From: Armatimonadia bacterium
GTDB taxonomy: Bacteria; Armatimonadota; Zipacnadia; Zipacnadales; UBA11051
NCBI GenBank assembly: GCA_039683575.1
Contig: JBDKRC010000309.1
Span: 1-21,334, forward strand
Direction of reading: 5' to 3'
Length of the DNA stretch: 21,334 bases
The translations under genes were made by a program, and so were the position numbers. Positions 14,401 through 21,334 of this stretch are shown here, piece after piece. Under the pieces are notes generated by a model. That model had not been told where the DNA came from. It saw only the letters and a list, made by a program, of their open reading frames with translations, and searched no databases. Position 1 is the first letter of the stretch. Every line of letters starts with the position of its first letter.

Positions 14401-15301
14401 GAGAGGCTTAGGCCGAGGGCTATCGGACCTGCTTTCGGGCGAGGTGCTGTCGCAGAGCCGCGCAGTGATCGAAGTGCCACTAGACGAGATAGAGCCCAAT
14501 CCGCACCAACCGCGGCAGATTATGGACGATAGCGCCCTTGAGGAGCTCACAGTGTCCATCGAGGCCCACGGCGTGCTGCAGCCGATCATGGTTCGCGCGG
14601 CTGGTAGCGGCTATCAGATCGTTGCGGGGGAACGGCGCTGGCGAGCCGCGAGGCGGGCTGGTCTGCGGACGGTGCCTTGTCTGGTGCAGAATGCCGACGA
14701 CGCCCAGTCCCTGGAGCTGGCGATGATCGAGAACCTGCAGCGCGATGACTTGGATGCCATTGAGGCAGCCCGTGGCTACCGCACGATGGTGCACGATTTC
14801 CGCCTCACGCAGGAGGAGGTATCCCGCAAGATCGGCAAGAGCCGTTCAGCGGTGGCAAACTCCCTGCGGCTCCTTGAGCTCCCCAGCGATGTTCAGGACC
14901 ATATTCAGGCCGGGCGCATCTCAGAGGGGCACGGCCGGGCGCTGCTGCCGCTCGTGAGCCAGGTGGACACCTTCACGACGATATTCGAGGCGGTGCTGGA
15001 GAATGGACTGAACGTGCGCGAGACCGAGCGCCTGGTTCGCGTAACGCTCAATCCTGAGCTGGCAGAGGCACCGACAGAGGCCGCTGAGAAGCCAGAACCG
15101 GCCAAATCACCGTCGCAGGCGCATGATGTAGCCCGTGATCCCCATGTCGCGGCGGCCGAGCAGGCGTTGCAGACGGCCCTGGCGGCCAAAGTGGTAATCC
15201 GGCCCGGAGCAAAACGGGGAGGCGTGATCCACATCCGTTACTATGATGGAAACGACCTGGAGCGACTGCTGAATGTCCTGGGTCAGGCGGACGAGGGGTA
15301 G
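14393..15301 (+). CDS. parB: Chromosome partitioning CTPase ParB/Spo0J
   Basis: ATG 14393 overlaps the parA stop. RGLGRGL, PNPHQPR, GVLQPI, IVAGERRWRAA, IENLQRDDL, and HTH TQEEVSRKIGKSRSAVANSLRLL. Confidence 0.97.
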   Translation: MRKRGLGRGLSDLLSGEVLSQSRAVIEVPLDEIEPNPHQPRQIMDDSALEELTVSIEAHGVLQPIMVRAAGSGYQIVAGERRWRAARRAGLRTVPCLVQNADDAQSLELAMIENLQRDDLDAIEAARGYRTMVHDFRLTQEEVSRKIGKSRSAVANSLRLLELPSDVQDHIQAGRISEGHGRALLPLVSQVDTFTTIFEAVLENGLNVRETERLVRVTLNPELAEAPTEAAEKPEPAKSPSQAHDVARDPHVAAAEQALQTALAAKVVIRPGAKRGGVIHIRYYDGNDLERLLNVLGQADEG

Positions 15302-15321
15302 GGCAGGGGACAGGAGCGCAA

Positions 15322-16320
15322 CTAACGACTAAGGGCGGAGCCAAGGGCTCCGCCCTTTTTGTTTGCCGCGCCGAGGGGCGAGGGCTCTACGACAGAGAAG
15401 GTAGCAGTTGCGAGCGCAGTGGTGTCACCAGCCATACTGACGGTAACGCTGTATTGCCCGGGGGGCAGCGGGGAAGCTGGAGGGGCTTGCAGCCACGCAG
15501 AGGCTGTCCCGGCGGTTGAGGGGAGCACTATCTCTTCCGTGGCCGCCTTGATCGGTTCGGTGCCGCCGTACCACTTCACAACGATAGCGCTGCCAGGCTC
15601 GGCCTGTGCGAACTTGAAGGCCGCGAAGATGCGCTCACGCCCGTCAAAGCTCTTCTGCGGGCGTTGCGGCAGGTGCTGTGCCGAAACGGCGGTCGCAAGC
15701 GCGAGGTCGGACACCTTCACCTGTGCGTCGGCCGGCGCGGCTTGACTGGCGATCTGCTCCGCACCCCATGCAGCCACGAAGCTTGCGGCGAGATTGGATG
15801 GTCCCAGCTTCAGTTCGACCTCGTACACCCCCGGCACAAGCTTCCCCCCAGGTGGGCGCAGCAGAATCTTACCGGAGCTGCCGCCAGGGTCCGCGCGTAC
15901 GTCACCAGCGGGTGGCGGGGTCAGGGGCTTGCCGTCCCGGGTCCATCTGACCTGTGGTTGATCAGCGCTTCGGCGCCCGGGCGCCTCGTAGAAAGCATAA
16001 ACCGCCGAAAGCCCGGCAGGCAGGAGATCGGGATTTGCAGTGGGCTTGACGTCATTGCTGCTAAAGAGTATCCCCGCCTCATCCTGCGGCGGGAGCGCCA
16101 TACGTAGCAACTGCCCTGCCAGGGGCACATTAGGGGCCGTGTCGCCTGGTGGCCGGTTCGAATACTGCAAGCCCAGGAGCACTCCGGCGACGACGCCGAC
16201 CAGCGCGAAGATTAGGAGGGGGAAACGCGGGAGCGAGGGGAGGCGCGCAGGCGCTGCCACCGGCGCGAATTCGTCTGTGCCGGGATCGGGTAAGTCGGGC
16301 CGCTGAGGCGCTTGCGTCAT
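15322..16320 (-). CDS. Membrane-anchored protein with two tandem Ig-like beta-sandwich repeats
   Basis: TM helix FPLLIFALVGVVAGVLLGL. Repeat 1: VYAFYE..VRWTRDG..PGVYEVEL. Repeat 2: IFAAFKF..VKWYGG..PGQYSVTV. Confidence 0.72.
   Translation of the reverse strand: MTQAPQRPDLPDPGTDEFAPVAAPARLPSLPRFPLLIFALVGVVAGVLLGLQYSNRPPGDTAPNVPLAGQLLRMALPPQDEAGILFSSNDVKPTANPDLLPAGLSAVYAFYEAPGRRSADQPQVRWTRDGKPLTPPPAGDVRADPGGSSGKILLRPPGGKLVPGVYEVELKLGPSNLAASFVAAWGAEQIASQAAPADAQVKVSDLALATAVSAQHLPQRPQKSFDGRERIFAAFKFAQAEPGSAIVVKWYGGTEPIKAATEEIVLPSTAGTASAWLQAPPASPLPPGQYSVTVSMAGDTTALATATFSVVEPSPLGAANKKGGALGSALSR
15331..15364 (+). terminator. Rho-independent terminator of the parAB operon, possibly bidirectional
   Basis: 12-bp stem AAGGGCGGAGCC/GGCTCCGCCCTT, loop AAG, followed by TTTGTTT. 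Confidence 0.85.
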
Positions 16321-16326
16321 CTTTGT

Positions 16327-17424
16327 CTAATCGGCTTCCATTTCGAGGTAGGCTGGATAGCTGGTAACCTCATCGTCCACTCGGACAGTGAGAGAGTATC
16401 GGCCGGGTAGCCCGACTTGGCTGGGAGTGAAGACGCCCTCTGAGGTGACCTCTGAGCCAGGTGCCAGTGCCACAGTGCCGTTTGTTGATAGGTTACCCAA
16501 ACTATGTTTCAGCATCGCAACATCGCCCTGCGGGCCGCGCAACGCGATTATGGCTTCGGTACCTTTCAGACTCCAACGTCCGGGCCCCGGGTTCCATAGG
16601 CTGATAGTCCACGATACCGTCTCTCCCCGTCCATAGCGCTGCCTATCGGGGACGATGCGGCAGGCAATGCCTGCGGCGCCCTCGGGCTGGCTGGTGCTCG
16701 TATAGGCGAGGTAGGGGAGAGCATTGGCGGCGAGCCGGACTGTCGCCTGCACGACAACCCGCCGCCCCAGGCGCGCGTAGGGCGTAAAGCGTTGCGATCC
16801 GCCACCCAGAGGCGACAGCGAGGCACTCGCCGGAGCGGGAGGGGCGGGGGCTGGAGAGCAGTAGATGGCTCCGTCGTCATTGTGCAGGACCCAGTCGCCG
16901 CTACCGACGGGCGGCCCGAGGGCGGTGGCGAAATGGAAGCGATCAGGTCCCCAGCCGACATACTCTCCCGTCACAATAACCTCACGCCCAACCCATGCGG
17001 GCGGGTCGGCCAAAATGGGAGCCAGACCGGCGTCAGACGCGGTGCCAGGGGCGGTCTGCAGCTCCACGCGCCGTTGCGTGTGATCCCAACTGACCCTGAA
17101 GCCAAGCTGCCGCAGGGCGGGAAGTGATAGGTAGACCGTTCCATTCACGCGGCGGCCGCAGAGGGGCGGGTGAGGAGTCGAGAGGTCAAGGAGGGCGCCG
17201 GTGGTCGGAATTGCAAGGGATCGGTCCGGCAGGGCGAGGAGCATCCGCCGCTGCGCTGGCTCCCAGCGCACCGTGTAGCCTGCTCGCTGCAGGATTGCGC
17301 GCGCAGGAGCCCACGTGCGGCCCTGCTCAACGAAGGCGGGAGCAGGCAGCAGGATTTGGACGCCGCCCAGAAAGACGGCGACGGCGAAAGCGCCGATGGG
17401 AAGCATCTGGCACCTCGGGCGCAT
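16327..17424 (-). CDS. Exported protein with copper-amine-oxidase N-terminal (stalk)-like domain and C-terminal beta-rich domains
   Basis: N-terminal hydrophobic segment, GRTWAPARAILQRAGYTVRWEP and NGTVYLSLPALRQLGFRVSWD (stalk-domain half repeats), and C-terminal PGRYSLTV. Confidence 0.68.
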   Translation of the reverse strand: MRPRCQMLPIGAFAVAVFLGGVQILLPAPAFVEQGRTWAPARAILQRAGYTVRWEPAQRRMLLALPDRSLAIPTTGALLDLSTPHPPLCGRRVNGTVYLSLPALRQLGFRVSWDHTQRRVELQTAPGTASDAGLAPILADPPAWVGREVIVTGEYVGWGPDRFHFATALGPPVGSGDWVLHNDDGAIYCSPAPAPPAPASASLSPLGGGSQRFTPYARLGRRVVVQATVRLAANALPYLAYTSTSQPEGAAGIACRIVPDRQRYGRGETVSWTISLWNPGPGRWSLKGTEAIIALRGPQGDVAMLKHSLGNLSTNGTVALAPGSEVTSEGVFTPSQVGLPGRYSLTVRVDDEVTSYPAYLEMEAD

Positions 17425-17447
17425 CCGGGAGCCGGGAGTGCCGGCGA

Positions 17448-18722
17448 TCAGACGGGCGGGTTGATTTCAGCGCGGCCGCCCATGTAGGGCCGCAGTGCCT
17501 CGGGCACGACTACCACGCCGTTCTCCTGCTGGTAGTTCTCCAGGATCGCGGCGAGGCTGCGGCCGATGGCGAGACCGGAGCCGTTCATCGTGTGGACGTA
17601 GACCGGCCTGGCCTCGGGCTCGGGGCGGTAGCGGGTCTCGCAGCGGCGGGCCTGGAAGTCGCCATATTGGCTGCACGACGAGATCTCGACCCAGCGGCCC
17701 ATGCCGGGCATCCAGACCTCGAGATCGAACGTCTCGGCCGAGCCAAAGCCCATGTCGCCCGTGCACAGGGCGAGGCGCCGGTAGGCGAGACCCAGACGCT
17801 CGAGGATCGTCTCGGCATTGCGAGTCAGCTTCTCAAGCTCATCGGCCGCGGTCTCTGGCGTGACGTACTTCATCAGCTCGACCTTGTTGAACTGGTGCAG
17901 GCGGATGAGGCCACGCGACTCGCGACCGGCGGCGCCGGCTTCGCTGCGGAAGCAGGGCGTGTAGGCAGTATAGTACTTGGGCAGATCCGCGGCTTCGAGG
18001 ATCTCACCCTGGTGGATATTGGTCAGCGGCACCTCGGCGGTCGGGACGAGGTAATAGCCAACCGTGGTCTTGAACAGGTCCTCTTCGAACTTGGGCAGCG
18101 AGCCGGTCCCGATCAGGGCCTGGGCGTTAGCCAGGAAGGGCGGCAGCACCTCGAGGTACCCATGCTCGCGGGTGTGCGTATCGAGCATGAAGTTCATCAG
18201 AGCGCGCTCTAGCTGGGCACCAGCCCCAAAGTCGCAGGCGAAGCGGGCACCGGCCAGCTTGGCCGCAGTGCCGAAGTTGAGGATCCCGAGCCGCTCGCCG
18301 ACCTCCCAGTGACCTTTCGGCTCGAAGTCAAAGCTGGGCTTCGTTCCGTGCTCGGCCACGACCACATTGTCGTCTTCGCCGCCGCCGACGGGGACGTGGG
18401 GGAGAGGGATGTTTGGAATCTCTAACATTCTTTGTTCGAACAAGCTGTCAACTTGCGCAAACTCTTCCTCCATGGCCGCGATCTGATCCTTCAGCTCGCT
18501 CACGCGCGCTTTCAGAGCCTCGGCATCACCGCCGGAGCGGATGATCTCGCCGATCTCCTTGGAGAGGCGATTACGCTCGGCCTTGAGTTGCTCGACCTCA
18601 AGCAGTTCGCGCCGGCGCTCTTCGAGGCGCACTAGTTCGTCCACGTCGAAGTCGGAGCCGCGGTTGCGGATGCCTTGGCGCAGGACGTCAGGTTCTTCAC
18701 GGATTAGTCTGCGGTCAATCAT
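17448..18722 (-). CDS. serS: Serine--tRNA ligase
   Basis: N-terminal coiled coil, IPNIP, GTGSLPKFEEDLF, LVPTAEVPL, CFRSEAGAAG..RGLIRLHQFNKVEL, EISSCS, HTMNGSGLAIGR. Confidence 0.98.
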   Translation of the reverse strand: MIDRRLIREEPDVLRQGIRNRGSDFDVDELVRLEERRRELLEVEQLKAERNRLSKEIGEIIRSGGDAEALKARVSELKDQIAAMEEEFAQVDSLFEQRMLEIPNIPLPHVPVGGGEDDNVVVAEHGTKPSFDFEPKGHWEVGERLGILNFGTAAKLAGARFACDFGAGAQLERALMNFMLDTHTREHGYLEVLPPFLANAQALIGTGSLPKFEEDLFKTTVGYYLVPTAEVPLTNIHQGEILEAADLPKYYTAYTPCFRSEAGAAGRESRGLIRLHQFNKVELMKYVTPETAADELEKLTRNAETILERLGLAYRRLALCTGDMGFGSAETFDLEVWMPGMGRWVEISSCSQYGDFQARRCETRYRPEPEARPVYVHTMNGSGLAIGRSLAAILENYQQENGVVVVPEALRPYMGGRAEINPPV

Positions 18723-18762
18723 GGACGACAGCCTCCATAGCCTTCACGAGCCATAGTCACAG

Positions 18763-19794
18763 CTACTTCTGCAGGGCATACCAGAGCCAACCAGCATAGA
18801 GCGGGCCACCCAGGAGCAGCACGTACGGCGACAGGCGATGCCTCGTTCGCATCGCCAGGAACACGACGGTCACCGACAGCAGGGCCGCGGCCGCAGAGGC
18901 GAGGGCGCGAGGCTCCAGGTGCCACGGGGTGAGCAGCACGCCCACCGTGACCGGAATGCAGCTCTGGAAAACCATGGCCCCGGTGATGTTGCCCATGGCC
19001 AGGGTGTCCTTGCCACGCCCGACCCACAGAACGCTGTTGAACTTCTCGGGAAGTTCGGTCGCGATCGGGATGATGGTCAACGAAAGCAGCAGGGCGACTG
19101 TGGCGGCATCCCAGCCGAGCAGGCGGGTGGCCAGAATGCTCGACAGGGTCTCGATATTGCGCACGAAGAGCTCGGCCCCGAAAAAGATCGCGGACAGAGC
19201 AACCACAACCTGCAGGAGCACGAACCGCAGGCGAGGCACGTCCAGGCGGCGGCAGAGATAGAGCGGGTTCATGTCGGCTTCGCTCGTGTCACACTCGCGC
19301 TGGAAGTGACGCCGCACGTACACCACATACGCCCCCAGCAAGAGCGCCGCGCCAACCAGGCGCATCCAATATGCCGGCACAAAGGACAGGCCGATGGCGA
19401 AAATGTAGACTCCGAGGAAGTACCCCATGTCCTGCCCCAGAGTATGCGGATCAATGCTCAATTCCAGACCGCGGCGGCCGCGCTTGTGGTACACGATGGC
19501 AGCCAGGCCGGTTATCAGGAAGGCCAGCGTGCCGAGCATGAAGGGCGCGCCCAGAATTGCGCCGATGCCGATGGCATTGGAATGCTCGCCCTTGACGACC
19601 AGCAGAGCCACGATAGGCACCAGGGTCTCGGGCAGGGCAGTACCAACAGCCGCGAGGACGCTGCCCACGGCGCCGCAGGAGAGGTTCAGCTTGCAGCCGA
19701 CCCATTCAATCCCGTTGGTAAAGAGCTCGCAGCCCGCGAGAATTACACCAAGAGCGATCAGGGCCACGAATGACGGCCCGGCCAATTCAGACAT
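18763..19794 (-). CDS. Ca2+/cation (CaCA, Na+/Ca2+ exchanger, YrbG-like) antiporter
   Basis: About 10 hydrophobic helices, with alpha-repeats AAVGTALPET and IPIATELPEK...GNITGA. Confidence 0.88.
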   Translation of the reverse strand: MSELAGPSFVALIALGVILAGCELFTNGIEWVGCKLNLSCGAVGSVLAAVGTALPETLVPIVALLVVKGEHSNAIGIGAILGAPFMLGTLAFLITGLAAIVYHKRGRRGLELSIDPHTLGQDMGYFLGVYIFAIGLSFVPAYWMRLVGAALLLGAYVVYVRRHFQRECDTSEADMNPLYLCRRLDVPRLRFVLLQVVVALSAIFFGAELFVRNIETLSSILATRLLGWDAATVALLLSLTIIPIATELPEKFNSVLWVGRGKDTLAMGNITGAMVFQSCIPVTVGVLLTPWHLEPRALASAAAALLSVTVVFLAMRTRHRLSPYVLLLGGPLYAGWLWYALQK

Positions 19795-19818
19795 CGAGAC
19801 GATACTCCTTCAACCCGG

Positions 19819-21279
19819 TCAGCCCTTGACGACCGCGAGCGGCCGTAGACGGGCGACCTTGAGCGACAGTCCGGCCTGGTGGCAGACCTCGACGACGCGA
19901 TCAACATCCTTGTAAGCGTCCGGCGCCTCTTCGGCCAGCGTGTCGCGCCCCGAGGCACGGACGACGATGCCCTGCGCCTCAAGTTGGCGCCGGACTTCGC
20001 CGCTGGGGTGCTTCCTGATCGCCGCATGGCGGCTGAGCACGCGGCCCGCCCCGTGGCAGGTCGAGCCCCAGGAGGCCTCGAGCGCCGTCGGCGCGCCTAC
20101 CAGCAGGTACGAGGCCGAGCCCATATCGCCCGGCACGAGCACCGGCTGACCGAGCGGGCGGTAATCCGCAGGCAGCTCCGGCCGGCCGGCCGGGAAGGAT
20201 CGCGTCGCGCCCTTGCGGTGAACGCACAGGCGCTTGCTGACCCCACCGACGCGGTGCTCTTCGAGCTTGGCGACGTTATGGGCTACATCCCACACCAGGT
20301 CGAGGCCCAGAGCTTGCCAGCCCCGGCCCATGACCTGCTCAAAGGCCTCGCGGACAAAATGCATAATCGCCTGGCGGTTGGCCCACGCGTAGTTCGCGGC
20401 GGCGGCCATGCCGGCGAGATAGTGCTGCGCTTCGGGAGAGGTCACCGGGGCGCAGGCCAGTTGCTTGTCGGGAAGATTGATGCCGTACTTGCGCGCGGCC
20501 AGCACCATCACATCGAGCGCGTCCTCGCAGACCTGGTGGCCCAGACCGCGAGACCCGCAGTGGATCATCACGCAGACCTGGCCGACTTCGTCAAGGCCGA
20601 AGCCCGCCGCGGTCTTCTCGTCATAGATCGCATCCACCGCCTGGATCTCCAGGAAGTGGTTGCCTCCGCCCAGTGTGGCCAGTTGCGGCGCCCCGCGCTC
20701 ATACGCCCGCTTGCTCAGTGCCGCGGGGTCCGCGCTGGCGATACGGCCGCGATCCTCAGTGTGCTCGAGGTCAGCGGCGACGCCGTAGCCTTGTGCCACT
20801 ACCCATGAGGGTCCGGTGGTCAGGACCTCTTCGAGTTGCTTGCTCGAAAGGCGTAGCTCGCCCTTCTCGCCGGCGCCGGCGGGAATGCGGGCATTGATGG
20901 CAGAGGCCAGCTTGTCGAGGCGCAGCTTCAGGTCTTCGACCCGCAAGTCGCTGCGCAGCAGACGCACGCCGCAGTTGATGTCATAGCCCACGCCGCCAGG
21001 GGAGATGATGCCCGTGTCCACATCGAAGGCAGCGACCCCACCGATGGGAAAGCCATAGCCGTAGTGGCAATCCGGCATCGCCATCGAGGAGCCGACGATC
21101 CCCGGCAGGCAGGCCACGTCGGCCACCTGTCCGAGCGCGGGATCGGTGCGCAAATCTTCAAAGAGCGCGGCGTCGGCGAAAACGATTCCATCGGTGCGCA
21201 TGCCGCGATTCTCGTCGCGCGGCAGCCGCCACCGGTAAGCGTCAAGTTGCTCGATGGGTCCGGTATATGGTCCCGGCAT
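19819..21279 (-). CDS. rtcB: RtcB family RNA ligase (3'-phosphate/5'-OH ligase)
   Basis: MPDCHYGYGFPIGGV, PGGVGYDINCGV, GGGNHFLE, HCGSRGLG, HNVA, HRKGAT, PGDMG, STCHGAGR, EEAPDAYK. Confidence 0.97.
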   Translation of the reverse strand: MPGPYTGPIEQLDAYRWRLPRDENRGMRTDGIVFADAALFEDLRTDPALGQVADVACLPGIVGSSMAMPDCHYGYGFPIGGVAAFDVDTGIISPGGVGYDINCGVRLLRSDLRVEDLKLRLDKLASAINARIPAGAGEKGELRLSSKQLEEVLTTGPSWVVAQGYGVAADLEHTEDRGRIASADPAALSKRAYERGAPQLATLGGGNHFLEIQAVDAIYDEKTAAGFGLDEVGQVCVMIHCGSRGLGHQVCEDALDVMVLAARKYGINLPDKQLACAPVTSPEAQHYLAGMAAAANYAWANRQAIMHFVREAFEQVMGRGWQALGLDLVWDVAHNVAKLEEHRVGGVSKRLCVHRKGATRSFPAGRPELPADYRPLGQPVLVPGDMGSASYLLVGAPTALEASWGSTCHGAGRVLSRHAAIRKHPSGEVRRQLEAQGIVVRASGRDTLAEEAPDAYKDVDRVVEVCHQAGLSLKVARLRPLAVVKG

Positions 21280-21334
21280 CTATATCAACCCCTTGTCGCA
21301 TCCCCGGTCGGGTAGGTCTTCTGTAGGGCGGGGG

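Noticed and set aside
17124-20808. Long plus-strand ORFs 17124..18212, 18838..19773 and 19879..20808
   Set aside because: Antisense shadows of serS, the antiporter and rtcB. Such ORFs are common in GC-rich DNA and these have no recognisable motifs.
21311-21334. GTAGG...GTAGGGCGGGGG, resembling the start of a GTAG-family REP element
   Set aside because: Truncated by the window end, with no second copy or palindrome visible.

Overview
GC-rich bacterial chromosomal window with no mobile element or CRISPR seen. Plus strand, left to right: 3' end of rdgB, a GT4 glycosyltransferase, a conserved hypothetical methyltransferase-like gene, a 2TM/degenerate P-loop/TPR protein and two paralogous secreted proteins. 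Next is a six-role ubiquitin-like conjugation locus (7191-12870): E2, membrane-anchored trypsin-like protease, Ubl ending in Gly, E1, two JAB/JAMM peptidases (one membrane-anchored) and a Zn-ribbon/TM/TPR protein. It is followed by a perfect parS site and rsmG-parA-parB. The minus strand carries rtcB, a Ca2+/cation antiporter, serS and two envelope proteins. The main signal is the membrane-tethered ubiquitin-like system. Five of its proteins carry a short acidic motif with alternating hydrophobic residues (DIDIEL-like, resembling a SUMO-interacting motif), always on the predicted cytoplasmic side. A structured-RNA candidate lies directly upstream of the locus. All calls come from reading motifs by eye; no searches were run.
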